Origin: an uncultured bacterium
GTDB lineage: Bacteria; Patescibacteriota; Doudnabacteria; UBA920
Assembly: GCA_963749445.1 (NCBI GenBank)
Contig: CAVVMJ010000003.1
Span: forward strand, 715-64,714
Direction of reading: 5' to 3'
DNA: 64,000 nucleotides
Shown: positions 56,801 through 64,000 of the stretch, one piece after another
How positions within the stretch are numbered: the stretch's first letter is position 1
Layout of the letters: every line of letters starts with the position of its first letter
Made by a program: the position numbers and the translations under genes
The notes under the pieces: model-generated
The model's input: only the letters and a program-made list of their open reading frames with translations
The model's database searches: none
What the model was told of the DNA's origin: nothing

Positions 56801-59215
56801 TTACTGGCACATCTGGCGTAAAGATACCAGGCTGCCTTTTTGCAAATTGCCATCAGCCGCGTTGGCCGGCACTACGCGGGAAAAATCGTTATCCGTGTGC
56901 CAGGAATTATAAACGGCCACGGACGGGTAGCCGTGCAAAAGCGAGCCGTCATACCAGTAAACCGTACCGCGAAAATTCACGTCCAAACCGGACATATGCG
57001 CGGCTTTGGGATTGGAAATTATGCCGCCTGGCGACACCTGATTTAATTCGGGGGCGGTAACCGTCAGTACGGAAGAAAATTTAAAACCCAAGCCCAAAAA
57101 CACGCCGGCCGAGGTAAAGCCGTGCTTGGTGCCGCCGGAAATAAGGGACACGGTCGGATTAACCGGCGACTTCACCAAAGCTCCGTCATTCGGCAGAAGC
57201 AAAGATCCGGCCGGCAAAGCGCGAAAAGCGGCGGTTGCCGGTACGGCATCCTTAAATTCATAGCCAAAAGAAAAGAGCATTCCGGGATTGGTAATGCCGC
57301 GGCGCACGTTATCTTGGATAAGATAATACGTACCGGCATCATTAATTAAGCACATATTGATATATTGGCCGCCGTCGCCTGAAGGGGCAGGGACGACAGG
57401 GACAGCCCCGGCTGTCGGCGTGGTTGACCCTACGGCTACGGCCTGCGATAAATTGCCGGAACTATTTTTCGTAAAAACTGCATAAGCGTAAGCGGTGTTG
57501 TTGGTTAAACCGGAATCAAGAAAAGATTGGCCTGTTCCGCTGTAAACCAAGACACCGTCTGTGGCGCTGGCCGGAGCGCTGTTGCCGGCTTTACGAACAA
57601 TAACGGTTGCCGTCCAGCCCGAAGACGCGGGCGGATTAACCCAGGTAATCAGCGCCTGCCCGTTGCCGGGCTGTATGGCAAAATTAGTGATTGCTGATGT
57701 ATTGCCGGTTGAAGATCCAGCTCCACCACCACCGCCTCCACCACCACCGCCTCCACCGCCGGAAGGGACGGTTTGGGTAGTGACAGAAATGGGTGATGAT
57801 TGGCTGGATTCGTTACCCGCACCGTCGTAAGCAGACACAGCGTAAGTATATGCTGTTGAAGCGGACAAGCTAGCATCGGAATAAGAAACAGAGGTGGTCG
57901 TGGCTATTTTTGATCCTCCCCGATATATATTATAGCCGGCCACTCCCGCGGTATCGGTAGAAGCCGTCCAGGACAGATTGATTTGGCTGCTTGATACCGC
58001 GATGGCGGAAAAATTGGTAGGGATAGTGGGCGCCGTATTATCCACAATAAAAGTTGCAGAGGGGCCGGCGCCCAGGGCTGTGTTGCCGGCTGCATCCGAA
58101 GCGGTACCGGCAGCCAAGCTGATGCCCAAAGTCCCGTCGCCGGTGATGCCAGAGATGGTGACAGTACGATTGGAAGTACCGGAGCCGGAAACCGCGACAG
58201 TACCGGTAGCGGTGCCCGTCTTGTTTAAAGTAACATTGGCGTTTGCTAAAGTTACGGTGCCAGCGCCTGTATACGTGATAGTGTAGGTCACAGGCCCTGA
58301 CTTGGTTGATGGGACGGACGGGGAACCGGTGGACAAAGTCGGAGCGGTGTTGTCCACGGTAAAAGTAGCGCCCGAAGAAGGGGCAGACCTAACAAGGTCT
58401 CCATCCAAATCCGTACCGGTGGGGATGGAAACAATTGCGGCGCCATTGCCGGCGCCGACCACATAAGTATATGAGTATACGGTAGGAGACGTCTTGACCA
58501 TATTGGCGGCCGCGACCGTGTTGGCGCCGGATATGGCGATTTGCGGGACAGGAGAATCCCTTAAAGCCCGCGAGAAAGTTGCGGTGATGGTTAAACTATC
58601 CCCTGCTTTGACAATACCGTCGGCATCGGAATACGTAATGACCGCTAACGGCGGCTGATTCAACGTAATAGTGCCGTCAACTCCCAGTATCACCAAAGAA
58701 CTAGCATCCAAACTGGTGCCGCGCAGATTGTTAAGATGCAACGGAACGGATGTCGCGATAATGTCTGTGGCCATTGTAATTATAACGTGGGCCACCACTC
58801 CATTGCCTAACAGATTATCATTCAGCCCCGATTCAAGACAAAAAACCGAACCGGCCCCTGCGTTTATATTGCAGCTTATATCTTTTCCCGCGGCCGCGGC
58901 CACCGGCCCCTGCGTTTCGGACACAGACGCCACGTCAGCGGAGTTAAACGATATCGCCCATTGGATGTCGGTCGGACTATCCGACGCAGTGGTATTGTCA
59001 AGGGAAAGGTCTAACGTCACCGGGCCGCCCGGCGTGGCAATGCCGCTAGCCAACGTCAGCGTGGAATAATAATCCGCTTTCGCGGCATGGTTAAAACCAA
59101 AGCTAAAAACCAAGCCTCCGGCGAAAGCTATACAAACAAATAAAAATCTCTCCAAATTTGACATTTTTTTGATTTTTTCCGTCCTCAAGCAATTACCCTT
59201 TATACATCTTACCAA
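56801..59215 (-). CDS. large secreted protein: cohesin-like N-terminal domain, FN3/Ig-like repeats, poly-Gly linker, C-terminal domain related to the C-terminal repeat of the 16295 ORF
   Basis: Signal peptide. The N-terminal domain aligns with those of the 59237, 62409 and 63171 ORFs (…IQWxΦxΦNxADΦxSΦ…AGKxΦxC…FCLΦxGLNxN…). A G13 run sits at 57721-57760. Confidence 0.55.
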   Translation of the reverse strand: MVRCIKGNCLRTEKIKKMSNLERFLFVCIAFAGGLVFSFGFNHAAKADYYSTLTLASGIATPGGPVTLDLSLDNTTASDSPTDIQWAISFNSADVASVSETQGPVAAAAGKDISCNINAGAGSVFCLESGLNDNLLGNGVVAHVIITMATDIIATSVPLHLNNLRGTSLDASSLVILGVDGTITLNQPPLAVITYSDADGIVKAGDSLTITATFSRALRDSPVPQIAISGANTVAAANMVKTSPTVYSYTYVVGAGNGAAIVSIPTGTDLDGDLVRSAPSSGATFTVDNTAPTLSTGSPSVPSTKSGPVTYTITYTGAGTVTLANANVTLNKTGTATGTVAVSGSGTSNRTVTISGITGDGTLGISLAAGTASDAAGNTALGAGPSATFIVDNTAPTIPTNFSAIAVSSSQINLSWTASTDTAGVAGYNIYRGGSKIATTTSVSYSDASLSASTAYTYAVSAYDGAGNESSQSSPISVTTQTVPSGGGGGGGGGGGGGAGSSTGNTSAITNFAIQPGNGQALITWVNPPASSGWTATVIVRKAGNSAPASATDGVLVYSGTGQSFLDSGLTNNTAYAYAVFTKNSSGNLSQAVAVGSTTPTAGAVPVVPAPSGDGGQYINMCLINDAGTYYLIQDNVRRGITNPGMLFSFGYEFKDAVPATAAFRALPAGSLLLPNDGALVKSPVNPTVSLISGGTKHGFTSAGVFLGLGFKFSSVLTVTAPELNQVSPGGIISNPKAAHMSGLDVNFRGTVYWYDGSLLHGYPSVAVYNSWHTDNDFSRVVPANAADGNLQKGSLVSLRQMCQ

Positions 59216-59236
59216 AATAACTAAAAATCTCCAAAA

Positions 59237-62200
59237 TTACCGAGCCGGGAACCATTGGCCTTGGGGAATATAGCCAAAATTAACCTGAAAATTCCCCGAA
59301 ACGCCGGCATTGGCGATAGCCTGATTGACCATATTATTAATATTATTAGCCAAATTGCTTGGCAAAGGATTTCCAAACGAAGTTGGATTTACAATATTAG
59401 GCGCGAGGTTATTGTATGTTCCCGAGTAATTGTAATTGTTGCACGAATTGTTAACGCAGGTATTAATCGTCGTGTTGTTAAAACTATTGTTAATCGGATT
59501 AAGATTGCCTCCGGTGGATTGCGGTATAATATAAACGCTGCAGCTCGCGGACTGGCTGCCGCTGGTAACCGTGACAGAGCGGCCACCTGAGCTTGAATAG
59601 CTGGTGCTAAAACTGGCTCCGCTGCCCGAGGCGGGATTTTCCCCGCCACTCCAGGAATAGCTGCCGCTACCGCCGATTGCCATAAAAATTACGGCTTGAT
59701 TCACATTCACCGAAGACTGGCTGGCGCTGCAGCTCACAGTCTGCGCCACTGCCGGACATTGAGACTGGGCCTGGTTTTGGGCGTTAATTTGAGCCTGATT
59801 TTGGGCTTTGTTCTGGGCATCAGCTTGGCTGACATTGCTGGTGGCTGTGGCAGAGGCTGTGGCTGTTTGCGTGCCTCCGGCCGGACAGTTAACCGTAGCC
59901 GTTTGGGTGACTATGGCGGTAAAGGTCGTGGGATTTGGCTGGCTTACATTCACCGTGCCACAACTGGCTGAATGGCCGGCGTTGTCGTTTAAGGTTACCT
60001 GGAAACTGCCAGAGTTGCCGTAAGTCGCGGTTAGGCCGCTGATGTTGGAAGCGCCGGAAGCCACCAAGGTATAAGGGCTTTGGCCGCCGTTGGCGGAAAA
60101 ACTGACGCTGCCGTTGACATTAATGTTAATAGAAGAAGTTGGTTGGCAAGTTAAATTAACCGGCGCCGGACATTGAGACTGGGCCTGGTTTTGGGCGTTA
60201 ATTTGAGCCTGAGCCTGGGCTTTGCTCTGGGCATCAGCTTGGCTGACATTGCTGGTGGCCGTAGCAGACGCTGTGGCTGTTTGCGTGGAGCCGTTTGGAC
60301 AGCTAACGGTGGCCGTTTGGGTAACCGTGGCGGTAAAGGTCGTGGGATTATTGGCATTAACATAAATTGGATTGCTAGCTGCCGTAGGCGTGGAACAGAC
60401 ATTGGCGTAACCGGATTTATTTTGAACCTGACACATGATAATTTCGGCTCCCGAATTTGGCGCGGTGCAGGAAAAGTTTGCGGCCGTGCCCGTAAAGCCG
60501 GTAAAACTGTTACAGCCTGCGGGCGTGGGAATAAACGCGTTGGCCACGCCAAAATCACAGCTTACGGAAAAAACCTGTCCCGAATCAACCCTGGCCGGCG
60601 CGGTCACAATGCCAGATGAGGGAGTCATGCATACCTGATTGTTGACATTAACCATTACTGTGCCGCAACTGGCTGAATGGCCGGCGTTGTCACTTAAAGT
60701 TACCTGGAAACTGCCAGAGTTGCCGTAAGTTGCGGTCAGGCCGCTGACATTGGCACCGGGGGCGCTCAAGCTGTAATTCCCGTTGCCGCCGCTGCCTTGG
60801 AAGCTGACGCTACCGTTGACATTAATGTTAGTGGAAGAAGTCGGTTGGCAAGTTAAATTAACCGGCGCCGGACATTGAGACTGGGCCTGGTTTTGGGCGT
60901 TAATCTGCGCCTGGTTTTGGGCTTTGCTCTGGGCATCCTGTTGGCTGACATTACTTGTGGCCGTAGCAGGGGCTGTGGCTGTTTGCGTGGAACCGTTTGG
61001 ACAGCTAACGGTGGCCGTGGCCGATGCCGTGGCGGTAAAGGTCGTGGGAGCGCTAACATTGATGGCGTTACTGACCGCCGTGGGTGTGGAGCATACATTC
61101 GTATAGCCGACTTTATTTTGAATCTGGCACATTATAACTATGCTTCCCGAACCGGGCGCGGTGCAGGAAAAATTGGCGGCCGTGCCCGAAAATCCGGTAA
61201 AACTGCTACAGCCTCCTGGTGTGGGAATAAACGCGTTGGCTACCCCAAAATCACAGCTCACGTTAAATACCTGTCCGGGATCAACGTTGGCCGGCGCAAT
61301 CACGTTGCCGGACGAAGGAGCTGTGCACGCCGGAGTGTTGGGACTGACAGTCACCGTGCCGCAACTGGCTGAATGGCCGGCGTTGTCGTTAACGGAAACC
61401 GAATAACTGCCGCTGTTGTTGTATGTCGCGGTCAGGCCGCTGATGTTGGAAGCGCCGGAAGCAATCAAAGCATAAGGACTTTGGCCGCCGGTGGCGGAAA
61501 AGCTGACGCTGCCGTTGATATTAATGTTAGTGGAAGAAGTCGGCTGGCAGGATAACGGATTACTGACGGCGTTGTTAATAGTGATGCTAACCCCGTTGGA
61601 AGTCCCAATTTGCCCTAGTGAATCCGTGGCCTTAGCCGTTAAAATGTGGCTGCCGTTGGCAAAGGCAGTGGTATTCCAGGAAACGGCATAAGGCGTAACA
61701 TTGGCCGTACCCAGCGCGGTGTTGCCGTCAATAAAAAACGCGACATTAGCTATCGTGGCGCCGCTCTGCGCCGCAGCCGTTGCTGTAATGGTAGCCGAAC
61801 TGCCGGAAACCGCGGCGCCGCTGGCCGGCGAAACAATGGCCACGGTGGGCGGCATATTATTTTGCGATTGTTTGACGGTCAAATTTACGTCCGTTGCGGT
61901 CATGGAATCTGACTTTCCATCCAAGGTCGTCCAACGCGCATCGGAAAAATGCAAAGGAATGGAAACGGCGGAAGTACTGATTGATAAAGTAACCGTCACG
62001 GTTCCCAAAGTGCCGTTGGCAATAGTGTTGTTGTTCAATCCGGCTATTAAGCAAAAGAGCCTACCGCTGGAACTCGCGCAGCTGGCTGAATCGCCGGCAT
62101 CCTTGGTCGCCTGGCCGTCAGCTTTCCAGGAAATTGACGTTATATCCGCCGGATTATAATTTAAAGCAAACTGCACGCCAGCCGGTTGCTGCGGGGCGCC

Positions 62201-62404
62201 GGAAGAATTAATGTAAATATTCAAATCCACGGAACTTCCGGGCACAACGTTAGTAGCGGAATCCATAGTCAGCTGGACAGTGCTGTCGGCATGGGCTAAA
62301 GGAAAATTTTGGTGGATTTGATTAATCACAAAACCCGCCAATAATCCCGAGATAAAACAAAGGGTAAGTTTGCCTTTATTGCGGAGAAAAAAAGATAAGT
62401 TCAT
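59237..62404 (-). CDS. very large secreted repeat protein (cohesin-like N-terminal domain + 3 near-identical ~190-aa repeats + N/S-rich tail)
   Basis: Signal peptide. Three ~570-bp tandem units (~59700-61560) are almost identical at DNA level (…CQPTSSTNININGSVSF…). Confidence 0.55.
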   Translation of the reverse strand: MNLSFFLRNKGKLTLCFISGLLAGFVINQIHQNFPLAHADSTVQLTMDSATNVVPGSSVDLNIYINSSGAPQQPAGVQFALNYNPADITSISWKADGQATKDAGDSASCASSSGRLFCLIAGLNNNTIANGTLGTVTVTLSISTSAVSIPLHFSDARWTTLDGKSDSMTATDVNLTVKQSQNNMPPTVAIVSPASGAAVSGSSATITATAAAQSGATIANVAFFIDGNTALGTANVTPYAVSWNTTAFANGSHILTAKATDSLGQIGTSNGVSITINNAVSNPLSCQPTSSTNININGSVSFSATGGQSPYALIASGASNISGLTATYNNSGSYSVSVNDNAGHSASCGTVTVSPNTPACTAPSSGNVIAPANVDPGQVFNVSCDFGVANAFIPTPGGCSSFTGFSGTAANFSCTAPGSGSIVIMCQIQNKVGYTNVCSTPTAVSNAINVSAPTTFTATASATATVSCPNGSTQTATAPATATSNVSQQDAQSKAQNQAQINAQNQAQSQCPAPVNLTCQPTSSTNINVNGSVSFQGSGGNGNYSLSAPGANVSGLTATYGNSGSFQVTLSDNAGHSASCGTVMVNVNNQVCMTPSSGIVTAPARVDSGQVFSVSCDFGVANAFIPTPAGCNSFTGFTGTAANFSCTAPNSGAEIIMCQVQNKSGYANVCSTPTAASNPIYVNANNPTTFTATVTQTATVSCPNGSTQTATASATATSNVSQADAQSKAQAQAQINAQNQAQSQCPAPVNLTCQPTSSININVNGSVSFSANGGQSPYTLVASGASNISGLTATYGNSGSFQVTLNDNAGHSASCGTVNVSQPNPTTFTAIVTQTATVNCPAGGTQTATASATATSNVSQADAQNKAQNQAQINAQNQAQSQCPAVAQTVSCSASQSSVNVNQAVIFMAIGGSGSYSWSGGENPASGSGASFSTSYSSSGGRSVTVTSGSQSASCSVYIIPQSTGGNLNPINNSFNNTTINTCVNNSCNNYNYSGTYNNLAPNIVNPTSFGNPLPSNLANNINNMVNQAIANAGVSGNFQVNFGYIPQGQWFPAR
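59700..61560. repeat. three ~570-bp near-identical tandem coding repeats
   Basis: Repeated blocks are visible directly (e.g. ccggacattgagactgggcctggttttgggcgttaat at 59754, 60166 and 60868). Confidence 0.8.
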
Positions 62405-62408
62405 ATGC

Positions 62409-62939
62409 TTAAATTATAATGATATTTACTTTAGAAAGGGGCGGGCGCAAGCGGAGCTTGCGCCTCCTGGTCATTTTGGTAGCCCGCCGCGCTGCCAATA
62501 CCACCATGGCCGGCGTGTCGGCAAGGTACCGACGGCAACAGGGATATTTTTCCCCTGAGCCGTAATTCCAAGGGTTTTGGTAAGGCCGATTGCAGTTCTG
62601 GAAAATTCGACCGATACCTCGGCCACCACCCCATCTCTGATGGTTTTCTCGTCGCTTCCCGGCCTTCCCGATCAGTAGGCACTTCGTGCCATCTGCGACA
62701 GGCGAACACAACAGTTCTTTGCCTGCGTCTTTGGCCGCCTGCCCGGCGGCCACGGAGACCAAAAAGTCTTTCTGATGGGTCAACGTCCACTGCATTTCTG
62801 CAATGCCATCAGCGAAATTGGCGGAATTGTAGCTGAACACCAAATTTGTGGTACCGACACCGGGACTCAGGGTCAGGGTAGCAACCTGGCCAAACTCTGG
62901 CGCAACGGCCAATAACAAAACGACGACCAAGGTTCTCAC
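62409..62939 (-). CDS. secreted cohesin-like domain protein (C-terminal half of the ORF looks like read-through or frameshifted)
   Basis: Signal peptide plus the N-terminal domain homologous to the neighbours. The Arg/Gly-rich distal part is not protein-like. Confidence 0.4.
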   Translation of the reverse strand: MRTLVVVLLLAVAPEFGQVATLTLSPGVGTTNLVFSYNSANFADGIAEMQWTLTHQKDFLVSVAAGQAAKDAGKELLCSPVADGTKCLLIGKAGKRRENHQRWGGGRGIGRIFQNCNRPYQNPWNYGSGEKYPCCRRYLADTPAMVVLAARRATKMTRRRKLRLRPPLSKVNIIII

Positions 62940-63170
62940 TTGGCCCTCCTTTATTTATCTTAGATATGCGACTTTTGACCGATTCCTGGCTTAAAGACAA
63001 GCCTGCCATCAACCAAAAGTATCTGAATAATAAAGCAAAACGGCCTTTTATGCAACTCCCTTTTTGCTGCTTACTGTTATGGGAAACCATTGTATAACGG
63101 CCAATTAAAAAAACCGGCAGGACCTCTGGTGGTGAGGTCTTGCCGGTAGAGAAGTCTGATCGAAGCGCCT

Positions 63171-63710
63171 TCATTGGGGACAGGACGCCCGGCGCGATAT
63201 GGCGTTTGCCAGCGACCGCAGATCGGATATGTCAACCGACCCGTCGCGGTTGATGTCGCAACTGGCCATCGGGCACGTGGCAGTGCCCAAAATCACGGTG
63301 ATCATCGTCCGATAATCACCTATGTCAACCACCCCATCGCCGTTGATATCGCAACGGTTTTGGTGGACCAACATGTTGATAAACCCGTAGGTTCCTACGG
63401 GCCAACCATCAATCTGTCCTTGCGGCGTGGTGGCCATCGTCCCGCCTGAAATCAGACAGGTCGTGACCTTCGCGTCGGCTCGCGCAACCGTCTGGCAGGC
63501 GACACTTGCGCCAGCATCCACATCTGCCGTTAGCAGAGTGACGGTATACGTCAGAAAAGTCGAATACTGGAATGTCCACAAATTACCGAACGGCGGATCT
63601 GTGGGTGAGTCCCCCAACAACGGGAGGAGCATACCAATCAAACCAACCAGTACGAGTCTCTTCACTATTCCAACCTCCATTTTCAGTTGTAATTTGTTTG
63701 GCACCCTCAC
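63171..63710 (-). CDS. secreted dockerin-repeat protein
   Basis: Signal peptide; C-terminal tandem Ca-binding dockerin repeats DINGDGVVDIGD and DINRDGSVDISD. Confidence 0.6.
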   Translation of the reverse strand: MRVPNKLQLKMEVGIVKRLVLVGLIGMLLPLLGDSPTDPPFGNLWTFQYSTFLTYTVTLLTADVDAGASVACQTVARADAKVTTCLISGGTMATTPQGQIDGWPVGTYGFINMLVHQNRCDINGDGVVDIGDYRTMITVILGTATCPMASCDINRDGSVDISDLRSLANAISRRASCPQ

Positions 63711-63727
63711 GGATGCCGCAAAGTTAG

Positions 63728-63985
63728 CTACCGCGCCGCGGCCGCTGCCACCAACCCTCTAGCCTTTAGCAGGGAACGGTTGATGCAACCATGGGAAACC
63801 CCTGCTACTCTGGCCGCCTCCCTAGCCGTGCTTCCTTGCTCAATCTTACGGACGAATTCCTGCTGAACGCGCGAAGCCAGACGCTTGTTTGCTACAATCA
63901 ACCGTTTGGCCTCCTCACGAATCCGCTCTTGCGTAGCAATCTGGATTCTCCTCTTGGAGTCGGCCTCGGGTCCAGCCGCGGCCAA
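63728..63985 (-). CDS. HTH-domain protein, N-terminus beyond window (transposase- or regulator-like)
   Basis: STAREAARVAGVSHGCINR helix-turn-helix. The ORF runs off the window edge. Confidence 0.25.
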   Translation of the reverse strand: MAAAGPEADSKRRIQIATQERIREEAKRLIVANKRLASRVQQEFVRKIEQGSTAREAARVAGVSHGCINRSLLKARGLVAAAAAR

Positions 63986-64000
63986 CTCTTTAGCCTTTCG

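Noticed and set aside
57122-58286. Plus-strand ORFs inside the 56801..59215 gene, including a poly-Pro ORF opposite the poly-Gly run
   Set aside because: Antisense artefacts of the Gly/Thr/Ala-rich coding sequence.
59255-62159. Numerous plus-strand ORFs of 60-165 aa inside the 59237..62404 gene
   Set aside because: Antisense to a long, repeat-rich, signal-peptide-bearing ORF. They are produced by the repetitive GC-rich sequence.

Overview
This 64-kb window looks like it comes from a small-genome, host-associated bacterium, possibly a CPR/Patescibacteria-like organism. That guess rests on short genes, many secreted cohesin/dockerin, lipase and peptidase proteins, and a diversity-generating retroelement (DGR); it is inference, not something the sequence proves. 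The identifiable backbone is the hrcA-grpE-dnaK-dnaJ heat-shock operon with a CIRCE operator, uvrA and uvrC, secG, an oligopeptide-type solute-binding protein, RNase J, trpS, ychF, rpsF-ssb-rpsR-efp, msrB and an rRNA methyltransferase. The most striking feature is a complete DGR at 47.3-49.8 kb. It has a 121-bp template repeat (TR), an Avd-like accessory protein, a reverse transcriptase (RT) with the DGR-type IGNLTSQ motif, and a GC-rich target gene with an FGE/C-type-lectin-like fold. The target's C-terminal variable repeat (VR) differs from the TR only at TR adenines. The accessory content includes a tRNA-Lys-adjacent integrated element (RCR Rep, RadC-like, large serine recombinase), a type II restriction-modification (R-M) system with a Mu Com-like zinc-ribbon regulator, and a type III R-M pair next to a RelB/RelE-like toxin-antitoxin pair. 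There is also an orphan MazF/EndoA-like toxin, three tandem paralogous small genes, and a cluster of cohesin/dockerin-like secreted proteins. Several families of palindromic (MITE- or Rickettsia-palindromic-element-like) repeats are present. Four are inserted in frame into conserved genes: uvrA, uvrC, ychF and grpE. At least six conserved genes are split by single-base frameshifts in homopolymer runs. These are more likely sequencing or assembly indels than true pseudogenes. No rRNA genes or CRISPR arrays are present.
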